A DNA stretch of 47,677 nt, taken from the IMG/VR virus record IMGVR_UViG_3300020440_000023, positions 1 to 47,677 of that record. One strand, written 5' to 3'. This document shows, piece after piece, positions 27,301 to 39,800 of the stretch; positions within the stretch are counted from its first letter, which is position 1; each line of letters begins with the position of its first letter. Both the position numbers and the translations under genes were made by a program. This DNA comes from a virus (Duplodnaviria; Caudoviricetes). The notes beneath the pieces are model-generated. The model was not told the origin of the DNA. It ran no database searches and saw only the letters and a program-made list of their open reading frames with translations.

Positions 27301-27890
27301 ATCATCCTGTTGAATACAAACCATTATTCGGAACACATGCACAGGATAATTTACAAGCAACAATCAAGATTGTAAAAAATGGCGGCGAAGTAGTTAATAA
27401 TAATCAATTAAAAACAAATGTTATTAATGCTGTAAACAGATTCTTTTCATTACAAAATTGGGACTTTGGAGAAACATTCCACTTTACTGAACTTGCAACT
27501 TATGTGATGAATCAAGTAGCACCAGATGTTGTAAATATTTTACTTGTACCAAAACAAGCTACACAAGGTTTTGGCAGTTTGTATGAAGTAAAATCAGAAA
27601 ACAACGAAATCTTTATTAATGACGCAACAGTTGACGATGTAGAAATTATAGACTCGGTAACAGCATCAAGAATACAGGCTTCAGGAAATGTTATAACAGC
27701 AACAGGTACAACTAACACAGGTATAAGAAGTCAATCATTAACGACTTCAACTACAGCAAGCACAACGACTAGCACCGGAACAACTACAACTACTACAACA
27801 AGCAGTACTAGTAGTTCAGGTAGTTCAGGCGGTTCAGGTTCAAGCGGCGGAGGCGGAAGCTCCGGCGGCGGTGGAGGCTACGGGTACTAA
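24324..27890 (+). CDS. gp6: baseplate wedge protein gp6 family (extended)
   Basis: DFDTLR, FNDY..S....LID..A, NENFL..A.RR.SV..LA..L.Y.P-type N-terminus, FADG.FG, ES..SIR.NAP..Y.TQNR.IT..DY; follows gp25. Confidence 0.88.
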   Translation: MSSTDRQNRLLLAEDWQKVYQSYRNAEFRSYDFDTLRRAMITYLRNNYPEDFNDYVDTSEYLALIDMIAFLGQNISYRVDLNARENFLELAERRESVLRLARMLSYNPRRNQAANGLLKFENVSTTENITDSNGNNLSGQTISWNDPSNSNWAEQFRRVLNASLPQNGTVGKPIKSKVINGVLTQQYRFNSGGTDVPVFGFTKAVNGLPSQFEIVSTGIDDDINTIKEENPVPGTSLAFLFREDGRGSGSSNTGYFVHFRQGQLKSNLFNVGNPSANQTIAVEAQNINDTDVWLYSLDQNGVADRIWTKVSSLEGNNAIYNSVNKRIRDFYVVQTRADDEVSLVFADGTFGNLPGGSFRVYYRTSANRAMVINPNELTGITFELPYTSRAGITETLTIGVELKTPITNATTSESTASIRTNAPQTYYTQNRMITGEDYNIVPLTSNQEIIKVKSTNRTTSGISRYFDLKDATGKYSSTNLFGSDGILYREPYESKTSFTFATQTDIEGVIENKILPIIQSRAISNFYFGNYAKIIVSDLNATWKQSTKTTNSSTGLLNNISDIPYQVGTFTGGSLKYVEAGALLKFKSPAGFYFIGEGELTSNSKAKGASDYKWVKVISVNGAGTSVDSVTGQGPIVFNEILPSNSILEEVKPKIVKDISDDVRSQIIDQVFAYKTFGLRYDQVGRAWRVIINENLNTIDVFSNGKTGDVTNNQLDSSWIILFQTNGEKYTITNRGLRYIFESDKELSFYFDGQNKIYDSQTGQLVKDKVAIMNFNTKPDSLDAFNNDINWEIVKEFRNTDGYVNSKKVEVSFFDLNEDGSVDDPDIFDNVVDPLTNSSTKYIFLKKVSSDQGFSKFNYDSKGSEIKIVSTEIDIGAYSQYTAGQVFYIIDNDNFKILNNGVLSVTADYKAHVGRSDLKFQYVHSADEGNRIDPSASNIIDIYLLTKKYDTDFRSYIRGETNDLPLPPSTDELFQNYGTKIGLYKSISDEVIYHPVEYKPLFGTHAQDNLQATIKIVKNGGEVVNNNQLKTNVINAVNRFFSLQNWDFGETFHFTELATYVMNQVAPDVVNILLVPKQATQGFGSLYEVKSENNEIFINDATVDDVEIIDSVTASRIQASGNVITATGTTNTGIRSQSLTTSTTASTTTSTGTTTTTTTSSTSSSGSSGGSGSSGGGGSSGGGGGYGY
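27740..27890 (+). repeat. low-complexity Thr/Ser/Gly tail ending GGYGY
   Basis: TTSTTASTTTSTGTTTTTTTSSTSSSGSSGGSGSSGGGGSSGGGGGYGY. Confidence 0.8.
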
Positions 27891-30800
27891 TGGCGCAAGA
27901 TGAAAGTCCAATTCCAGTTCCAATAAATGGAAATCACAAAAGAAAAGCAACTGATCTATTACCAAGATACTTTAGAACTACTGCAAACAAGAAGTTTATA
28001 ACAAGTACATTAGATCAATTAATGCAACCTGGCGTGATCGAAAAGGTTGACGGGTTCATAGGTAGAAAAGATGCTAAGGCATTTAAGGCATCCGATAATT
28101 ATATTCCGGATGTTTCAGCAGATAGAGAAAATTATCAGCTAGAACCTGTAGCTATAATTACAGATAAACTTGGCAATACTACATTTTACAAAGATTATAG
28201 AGACTATGTAAATAGTTCTAAAATTAGAAATACAGACAATGCTGATCATAGTAAGTATAGTTCGCAAGAATACTACGCTTGGGATCCACACATCAATTGG
28301 GACAAGTTTGTTAACTTTAGAGAATATTATTGGCTTCCAGCAGGTCCTGACGAAATACCAGTGTATGGAACTGCAAGAGATATTATTAGCACATTTTCTG
28401 TAAAGCGTCAAGATAATGTTGATAATAACAGTTATATTTTTAGCGAAGAAAATAAAGTTAGTAATCCTACTTTAACATTATATAGAGGACAAACTTACAA
28501 CTTTGATATTGATGCTACTGATATGCCTTTCAGTATTAGAACTAGCACAGATATTGATAATGATACAAATTTATATAATGTAGGTGTAAGTCAACAAAAG
28601 GTTGAGCAAGGTACAATAACTTGGAAAATTGATTTAGAATCTCCTGATACTTTATATTATACAAACGGAAATGATATAGAAGCTTCTGGTTTAATTATTA
28701 TTAAAGATATTATTGATGCTACTGAACTTGACGTAGGTTCAGATATTGTAGGTAAAAAAACTTACACAATGCAAAATGGTTATGATTTAACTAATGGCAT
28801 GAAAGTAAAGTTTTATGGGACAATTACACCTGCTAAGTATGGTGAAGGCAATTGGTATGTAGAAGGTGTTGGCGATTCAATAAAATTAATATCTGAGTCT
28901 GACCTTGTTATTACAGCTGATTATTTAACCGATATTTCTACAGAATTTGATGCACAAGGATTTTCTTCATTACCATTTGATGATGCTACTTCCTATGCTA
29001 CATTAAAAGATTATATTGTCATAAACAGAGCGTCTAAAGACGGAAACCAATGGTCACGTTACAATAAATGGACACATAAAAGTGTAATTGAAAATATAGC
29101 ACAAATTAATAATGTTCCTGTGGTTCTTGATCAAAATTACAGAGCTACAAGACCTATTATTGAGTTTGATGCAGGTTTAAAACTGTATAATTTTGGAACA
29201 CAATCTAAAACATCAGTTGATCTTGTTGATACAGTTACCAAAGATGTATTTTCAGATATTGAAGGACAAGTAGGTTATTTTGTTGACGGTGTAGAATTAG
29301 TTAATGGTATGCGTGTTTTATTTACAGCAGATCCAGACAGTCTTGTTGCAGGAAAAATTTACGAAGTAAATTTTATAAGTCAAAACGGAAATTTACAACT
29401 TGCATTAAAAGAAACTACTGACGCGATTCCACAGACAAACGAAACTGTTTTGGTAAAGTCTGGTACAAACTATAAAGGAAAATTATTTTTTTATGATGGT
29501 ACAACCTGGAAACAAACACAAGATAAAACAAAAGTAAACCAACAACCATTATTTGATTTATATAATGATGCAGGAACTCAGCTATCGACTTTAGAATCAA
29601 GTACATTTAGAGGAAACAAAATTTTTAGTTATAAAGTTGGTACAGGAGTTAACGATACAGAACTAGGATTTCCACTAAGTTATAGAACGATTGAAAACAG
29701 CGGTGATATTGTATTTGATTTCAATTTATTAGCAGACACTTATCAATATGACGAGTTGACAGATGTATTTACTGTAAGTACCGACACAGCGTTACTAAGA
29801 AAATATACAGATAGAACAAGTTTTACAAACGTATCAGGTTGGACAAAAGCTCCTACAAAGTCTACTCAACCTGTCGTAAAACAAGTAACAGTCGGTCAAA
29901 GAACTAATAACTTTATTGTAGATACGTATACTAACAGTGGCGACTTAAATGACCTTATAGTAAAAGTTTATGTAAACAATGAACGTAAGCGTGAAAACAC
30001 ACATTACACAATCAATAGAGTCAACGGGTATGCATACATAACTTTTATTGCAGAACTGAGCACTAACGATAAACTTGTTTTAAAGACAACTTCAAGTGCA
30101 CCTAAGAGATCAGGTTTTTATGAATTTCCTATTAACTTTGAAAAGAATCCACAAAATGAAAATGTTACTACATTTACATTAGGAGAAGTATTAGATCATG
30201 TAGATAGTATAGTCGATAATGTAAATGGTTTTACAGGAGTCTTTCCCGGAGTAAGCAATCTAAGAGATATAGGTGACGCATCTAAGTACGGTTTGAAGTT
30301 TGTACAACATAGTGGACCTATAAATCTTGCATTGTTTAATTTAACAAATAAAGATTATGATGCTATTGAGGCACTTAAATATTCAGGATTTGAATACATC
30401 AAATTTAAAAGAGAATTTCTAAGAATCGCAAATGAACTAGGTTTTGAAGGTACAGACAAAATACATGTAGATAAAGTTTTATTTGAACTAAGTGCAGATA
30501 AAAATAATACAGATCCTTTTTATTTTAGTGATATGTTACCACAAGGTGGCGATACAAAAGTCACACATAACATAGAAGACTCTTCACAAACAATTTTTAG
30601 TTTAACAAGAGGCATTGATTTTACTACACTGTCTGATAAAGCAGTTTTAGTTTACTTAAACCAGAAACAATTAACTATTAACAAAGATTACACAATAAGC
30701 ACTGACGGATTTTTAACATTATTAAATGCACCCACAGCAGGTGATGTTTTAGATGTTTATGAATATATTACCACAGACGGTTGTTGGATTCCGCCAACAC

Positions 30801-33800
30801 CTACAAAGTTAGGTTTATATCCAAAATTTACTCCTGAGATATTTCTAGACGACACTTATCTAGACACTCCTACAGACTCAACAGGACCATGGAAAGTATA
30901 TGGCAGAGACGAACAAACAACATTGTCTTACAAAGGAAAAGTTGGCTGGTTTTATCCGTTATTTACAGATGAACTATCCGCACAACAAGAAGATCTAAGA
31001 AACGGTGGAAGTGGTTCAGCACATACTCATGTATTTGCAGGTTCAAATACTTTATTTTACATGCCTAGCGGCAGTGGCGGAATGAATCATGCAACTAACG
31101 ATACACAAGTAATTGACGAGTATCCAAATGCAAAAGCAATGCTACAAGGACATGACGGAAGTTTATGGAGATGTTTTGGTGACTTTAGAGATAATTTATT
31201 ATTGGATTTTGAAAAAAGAATATACAATAATCTAAAAATGCCATATGATGAAAGTGTATTAGATATCGCTGATTATGTAAACAGCAAAAGCAGGAATACA
31301 AGTTTCACTAGGACACAAATTTCTAAAACAATGATTTCTGAATTCAATAGCTGGTTAGAAACTGTTGGCACTCCTGATTATGTAGCAAACAATTATTATA
31401 GAGTAGGAGATGGATTTACTTTTTATTACGGAGCGGCAAGTGATCCATATGGTAACCCACTTTCCGGATTTTGGAGATCAATTTACAAAGATTTTTATAA
31501 CACTGACAGACCACACAGTCACCCCTGGGAAATTTTAGGATTCAAAGAGAAACCAGATTGGTTTGATGACGAATATGGTCCTGCTCCATATACTAGCAAT
31601 AATTTATTATTATGGGAAGACTTGTCCAAGGGTATAGTTAGGGGTAAGTCAGGATCTAAGGTAACTTATAGAAATAAATTTAAGAACGAAGATATCTTTA
31701 GTTATATTCCAGTTGATGAAAATGGAAATCTTCTTCCTCCTAACCTAACAGGTTATTCTCAAGGTAATATAAGCACAACATATAATTATGAATTTAAATT
31801 TGGTGACGAAGCACCTGTAGAAACTGCATGGAGAAGAAGTTCTCATTATCCATTTAGTTTAATGATATCGTGGGCATTAAATCAACCAGCTCAGTTTTTT
31901 GGACTGGCATTTGACAGAAGCAGAATTACACGTAACGGTGCAGGACAATTAGTTTATAGAGATACAAGTAAACGTATTGAATTAAGTAAACTTAGATTTC
32001 CAAACAGTGCATCCGATTCTCAGAGAGTATATACAGCAGGAATACTAAACTATATCCAAGGATATCTTGCAGGTAATGAAACTTTAAGATTTAAAGAATA
32101 CCAAGATAACATTACAAATTTACAAAACAAACTCGGAGCCAAGTTAGGTGGATTTACACAAAAACAAAAATTTAGATTAATTTTAGATTCAAGAACGCCA
32201 ACTAATGAAGGTAACGTTTTTGTACCTGATGAAAACTATTCAATACATTTGACAAAAAGTATTCCTATTGATGTATTTTCTTACAGCGGAATGATAATTG
32301 AAATCACTCCTTCCGGATATACTGTCAAAGGATACGATAAAGATAATCCTGTTTTCAAGTATTATCCAGTGCGAAGAAAAAATAGTGACCAAACAATAAG
32401 TGTTGGCGGAATAAGTGAAAACTTTTTGACATGGACAGAAGGTAAAACATATGAGGCAGGACAGATAGTTGAACTATCTGATAATTATTATAGAGTAAAA
32501 ATAAGCCATACGTCTGGTGAAGGATTTAATCAAGATAATTTTCAAAAACTTGCAGAACTTCCTGAAGAAGGAGGAGCAACAGCACAAATAGCAACAAACT
32601 TTGATACAACATTAGTAGAAATGCCATATGGAACTTTGTTGAGAGAAAAACAAGATGTTGTAGATTTAATGCTAGGTTACCAACATTACTTACAAAAAGT
32701 TGGATTTAGATTTGATAACTTTAATCAAGACATTGAAGAAATTGAAAATTGGCAATTAAGTGCAAAAGAATTTTTATTTTGGACAACTCAAAATTGGCAA
32801 GATGGAACTATACTTACTGTAAGTCCTAGTGCAAGACAAATAGAATTTTTTAGAAATAATGTTGTTGTAGACGATATATATGACAACTTTTATGATTATA
32901 GTTTATTGAAAGCTGACGGTAAAAGATTACTTGCAGATTTTGCGACTACTGAAAGAGATAATACAAACGAATTTGGTATCTATGTCAAAAACACAGAAGA
33001 AGGTATCTTCCATCTTAAAATTCCTGTAATCCAACATGAACATGCAGTTCTGATTGATAATAAAACTGTATTTGGAGATGTAATTTATAATAGACCTCAA
33101 GGATATAGACAAGAAAGAATTAAAGTTAAAGGATATAGATCAGATGAATGGAACGGTTCATATAACATTCCGGGATTTATTTATGATGATGCAGTGCCAA
33201 CTGAATGGCAATCTTATCAAGATTATCCTATAGGAGCACTTGTAAAATATAAGCAATATTTTTATGTTGCACAAACAAAAGTTGTAGGCACAGAAAATTT
33301 TAACGATAAACTTTTTTTACGCTTAAATGAAAAACCAGAACAGCAATTACTTCCTAACTTTGATTATAAAGCAAAACAATTTGCTGACTTTTATGATTTA
33401 GATAGTGATAATTTTGATGTTGAACAACAAAAACTTGCACAACATCTTACAGGATATCAAAAACGCAAGTATTTAGAAAATATTATTAATGATGATGTAG
33501 CACAATATAAATTTTATCAAGGGGCAATACAAGATAAAGGAACAAAAAATGTTCTTACAAAGTTATTTGATAAACTAGGAAGTGCAACAAAAGATAGTTT
33601 AGAATTTTATGAAGAATGGGCAGTGCGTGTAGGACGTTACGGGGCAACAACAGGTGATGACCAATTTGATATTATATTTGATGAACAAAAATATAGACAA
33701 GAACCACAACAAGTACAACTTGTAGATGCAATAGATCCTACAGACACAAGTCTAATATACAAATTAGATAGAAATAATGTTTATGTCAAATCCGAAAATT

Positions 33801-36800
33801 ATAATCATAAACCTTTACCTGTAAAATATTTTAATGATGACAATAGTTTTACTAAAACAGCCGGCTATGTAAATCCAAGTGATGTATCTTTATCATTATT
33901 AAATTATAATGACTTGCTTACACAATCTAACCTAGCAACAAACAGTTATGTTTGGACTGCTACAGATAAAACACAGCAGACATGGGGAGTATACAAACTT
34001 GTAGCTACAGATTTACGAATCACAGGCTTTACTGCTAGTAACGCAAATAAATTTACAATTACATGTGATAAGGTTGCTAACTTTGATACTGGTGATATTA
34101 TTGGAATTAATGATATAGATGACGCAACTAATGGTTATTATAAAGTAGTAAGTTCATCTTTAAATGTAGTAACATTAGAATCTACTGAAGGTGAAGATAT
34201 AAGTGAACCAGAAGCTGATGCTGAATTTAATGGTTATGTAACTGAGTTCAAAATAGCAAGATTGCCTTCATTGTCATTAGCTAATGACAGCTTAGGTGTA
34301 AGCAACATTAATAATACTATATGGGTTGATGATGACGATACAGGAAAATGGTTAACATTAAGCAATAGGCAAATATTTGAACTTAAACCTAATATTGTAA
34401 ACACAGCCGCAGGTTTATTAGATTCTACTGAAAAAGATTTTGGTACAGCATTTAGTGTAACAAGTAATAATAATCGTATTGCAATTACTGCTCCTAAAGA
34501 TTTAAACGGTAGTGTATACATTTTCCAAAGACCAAGTGATAATAACGAATTTGGTTTCTTGCAACAGATTGATGAGCAATTATTCTTGTTTGACTCTAAC
34601 GGAGGATTTGGACAGAGTGTAGCAGTTAGCCCAGATGGAAAATATCTAGCAATAGGTTCTCCACATGCATCTAATGTAAAAAGTAAATTAAAAGGCGATT
34701 ATAATAATAAGAATGCTTACAGTCAAGGTGATATAGTATTATATTCTGAACAATTATGGAGAGCAGATAGAAATATTGATGCAGATGCTACCCAAGTTTA
34801 TAGTAATCATTCATCTAACGCTCAGTCAAAAGAAGATGAATACGATTCAACTTCACAATCATATCCGACTATTGAATACATTGTTCGTGGAGACTATACT
34901 TTAGGTGCTGATTCAGATACTGACCATATATTAATACGTGCAGAAAAAGAACAGTTTGAAGGAACTAAACCTGGCGACATTCTAACATTAAAATGGAACA
35001 AATATACTACTTCTTATCAAGCAGGTTTGTTACCATTTAACGGAGACAGCACATTAACTGAATCATTAATTAATGGTAATCATACTATTGTAAACAAAGT
35101 ACAACACATAATTCATATTCAGAGTGCGTTAAGTGTACCTGATGCAGGTGCAGAAATAACAACCGATACTTGTAGAGCGACTATTGCATATCGTAGAACA
35201 AACGATGAAAATGAAATGACTGTTTATATTAAAGATGTAAATGGTGCATTCCAAGGTTCAGGAAAAATTTATGCAAATGGAATATTAATTGGTGATTACG
35301 AAGAGTCACTTAACATAACTGACAACTATCATTCAGGTTGGTGGTACGTATCGATAGGAAGCACATTTAGCTCAACAAACTTAACAGAAACAAATGCAAA
35401 TTTAGTTATACAAGACATCACACCAGAGAATGAAATTGTAAACAATCCTTTCTTTAGTAATATTTTAGATACTAAGTTTGTTTCATCAGTAAGTAATCCT
35501 ACAAAAGCATCTGAATTTGGTATACTATCACATACACAAGGTCAAAGTGATATACAAGTTTTAGATAGTAAATGGTGGATAAGAACACCACTGGATCACG
35601 GAAATAGTATTACACCAGGCGACAAAACAAGAGTTTGGATAAACACAATACGTGTGAATGGATTAGTACAAGATCCTAATGCTATTGGACTTACATCTAG
35701 CTATGTTAATGGCACAGAGCATACTGTCGCTGATGTATGGAACGGATACGTAGAGGTAAGATTAACAAATTTTGATCTTAACGGTGATCCTTTCATTCCA
35801 AATGTGGGAGACACACTTACTGATACAGCAACTGGTTCTACCGCAGAAATTGCATTTATTGAAAGAGCATTTGCTACTGCAAAAATTTATTTAAAAAATA
35901 GAAATGGGACCTGGGCTGTAGGTTCTGATTTTGGAGTGAATTCAAACGCAACATTTATTGAAAATGATTCTACAGTAAGAACTATTGGTCCTATTAATTC
36001 AGCTCACATGGAAAATTCTATTTCAGGACCTATTATTGTAGTAGAAAGCGGAACAAACATTCCAGTAGTAAATGGAAACAATTATCTACGTGATTTAGAA
36101 TATTGGATTTATTCTTCTAATAACATTCAAGGTATTACGGATACTGCTAATCCGCCGTCTTCTATTAACTTAGATTGGAAAAGAGTTTATAATATTCCGG
36201 TAATTGCAGAAGGATATGGTACAGGACTTAATGAGCAAGGTACTTTTGCAATTTATGAAATGAAAGGCGTAACGTACCAGCTAATTAGTTATTACACAGT
36301 GCCTAATAGTGCAAATAATAGAAAGTTAGGTACAAAATTAAAATTTGTTCAGCCCGACTCGTCTAGTTATAAACTTTATGTACATGCTGAAGGAGACGGC
36401 ACAGAATCTAACCAAGGAAGAGTATATTTTGTTAATAAGAATGCAACAGATGATTGGGCATTATCTGTACAACAAAATTATAGAGGAGACTTTAGAGTTT
36501 CAGCAACATATTTTGAAGGTGAATTTGTAAGATTTGGTGAAACAATTTACAAAGCAAATACTAATTTAATACCAGGCACTTTCAATGTTAATCAGTGGAC
36601 TGCTCAAACAAGCGGATTAGATCTATTAGGTTATGTTCCTAATGATACTAATTTCTCACTAGTAGAAAGCACACTTGAGCAAGATAATTTAGAGGCATTT
36701 GGATCTGATTTCGATGTTAGCTCTAAAGGTGAAGTCTTAATTGCTAATTCAGTATATACGAGTGTATATGAAATAGAATCCGGCGGCGTTACTCTAGGAC

Positions 36801-39800
36801 TAGATAGTAGTATAGCAAATAGAAAAGTAGTTGTATACAGATTAAACGGAACAAACTACGAATATTCACAAATACTTGAACCTTTTAACCAAACTGAAGA
36901 CTATGGATCAACTATTGCAGTTTCAGAAGATGGTAAAAAAATAGCCGTTGGTGCGCCATTTAATAGTGATATAACAGATAACGGTGGTGCAGTTTATCTT
37001 TATATTCAAAAAGATGGTATGTTTGTGTATTCACAGACACTTCGTCCTATTGATAAATCTCCAAATGTGCAATTTGGAACAAAAATTGACTTTGATGGTA
37101 ATACACTTGCAGTTGCATCACGCGGCGGCAGTATGATAAGTTCAACTACTTTTGATACATACAAATCTATCAAAGAAAATGAACAATATGTTTTAGATCC
37201 TAAATCGGGTGCGAATCCTATTGCAACATCGTTTGACAATAGCAGTACTAAATTCCAAACAGTTGATGTTGGAAGCGGCGTAGTAAGTTTATATGAAACA
37301 GTAAACGATACATTGTTATACAGTCAAAACTTTACATATGATTTAGATACACAAGATTTTGGTAACAGAATGCTTGTGAATAAAAATCATGTATACATTG
37401 GGTTACCAAAGCAACAAGTTCCAAACAGTAGTGTGTTAGACAAAGGTTTAGTTGCAGAATATAGGAAACCACAAGGACTTACATCTTGGTCTATTACAAG
37501 ACAACCTATATTACCAGCAGATACTTCTAAGTTCAAAGGTGTATATCTTTATGATACCAAGACAAATGGTTTACTAACATATTTGGATTATATTGATCCG
37601 ATACAAGGAAAAATTGCCGGACCAGCTGAACAAGAAATTTCATTTAAGACTAGTTATGACCCAGCAAGATATTCCACAACAACAGCAGATTCAAATATTG
37701 TAGCTCATCCTTTAGATTACACAAGTGATGAGTGGGTAGGAAAATTATGGTGGGATATTGATAGTGGTAAATTCATTAATCATCATCAAGGTGATATCAC
37801 AGAAGCAACAGCAGATTTCAACAAATTATTCCCTGGCTCAACGGTTGAAGTTTGGGAATGGGTTGAATCAGAGTTGCTACCTAGTGAATGGGACGATCAA
37901 TCAGATACAGATGCTGGAATAGCCGCAGGTATAAGTGGCACATCTAAATACGGAGATAGTGCATATACAGTACGCAGAAAATACGATACAGCATCACAAA
38001 CATTTACAAATTATTATTACTATTGGGTGCTAGGAAAATCAACATTGCCTCCTGTAGAAAATAGGGAAACAACTTGTGCAGATGTTATAAGATATATTTC
38101 TGATCCTGAAACAACGGGTTATAGATTTGTAGCAATGCTAGGATCTAATAGATTTGCTTTATATAATTGTGCATCTTTCATAGAAGACAGAAGAACTGCA
38201 ATTAGTTTTAATTGGTGGACAATTGATAATCAAGAACAACCAACTCATATACAATATCAACTTGTAAGTGATGGACTTGAAACAAGCGTGCCTAACAGAG
38301 AGATCGAGCAAAAATGGTTTGATAGTTTAGTAGGATTTGACAGTAATGACAGACCGGTTCCAGATATTAATTTACCTGTAAAAAGTCGTTATGGTGCATT
38401 GAATGAACCAAGACAAAGTTGGTTTGTAAATAGAACAGAAGCTCGTAAACAATTTGTTGAAAGAGTAAACAACACTCTAAGCAAAAACTTGGTTGTTGAT
38501 GAATTTGATTTGTCAAAACTTACAGGTTTTGATCCACAGCCTACAACAGCAACAGGAATTTTTGATACTACATCAGACAGTTTTGGTGAAATTGGATTTG
38601 TAAGTGTTGCAAGAGTTAAACCTGCTAACCTTTCATTAGAGGTTGAAAATGGTGTTATTATTAATGTGCTTATTAATGATGCAGGACAAGGATATATAAA
38701 TGTTCCTACATACACAATTACCGACCTAGAAGGATCAGGTGCAGAATTAGAATTTATCTTAGACGCTAACGGTTCAATTTCTAGTGTAAACATTATAAAT
38801 GGTGGTAGAGATTATACTTCTAATCTTGCAATTAATGTAAGAAGTTTCTCAGTGCTTGTAAAGAGTGATGAAAGCATCGGCGGCAAATGGAGTGTTTATC
38901 AATGGACCGGAACAGAATATTTAAGAACCCTTACACAAAGTTATGATATTAATCTTTATTGGCAGTACATAGATTGGTATGCTACAGGATACAATCAATT
39001 TACATTCATAAACCATACTATTAATTCTAGTTATGAAATTTATGCATTAGATGATAAGATAGGTGATATTGTAAAAATTAATAGCGTAGGTACCGGTGGT
39101 TGGTTACTACTTAGAAAAATTGCTAATTTAGAGTCACAAGATTATACTCTAAGCTATGAAACAATTGGTAGAGAAGACGGAACTATAGAATTTAAAAATA
39201 GTTTATATGACACCGACGCAAGTAACACTGCTTTTGATGGCGCAAGTTTTGATAAAATATTTTATGATACAGAACCAAACACTGAATTTAGAAAAATTTT
39301 AGAAATATTAAAGAATGATATTTTCGTTGATAATCTAGCTATTCATTGGAATGAATTATTCTTTGCAGGTATTCGCTACGTATTAAGTGAACAACCTAAT
39401 GTTGACTGGGTATTTAAAACAAGTTTTGTAAAAGCAAAACATAACGTAGGAGAATTACAGCAAAAAGTAACCTTCCAAAATGATAATTTGCCAAGCTATC
39501 AAGACTATGTTAATGAAATGAAACCATACAAAACTAAGATAAGAGAATATCTAAGTTCGTATGAAAAAATTGATCCAGCAAACAATGTTGTGACTGATTT
39601 CGATCTTGCACCATACTACAACGATCAAGAAGGTAAAATTGTTCCGCAAAGTGTACAAATTATAGATAATCAAGTATATGCAGGAGTAGCTGATATACAA
39701 AATTATCCTAGTAAACATTGGTTAGACAATGTAGGCTTTAAGATCACATCTTTTAGTATTGCAGATGCAGGATCAGGATACCAAGTACCGCCAAAAATTG

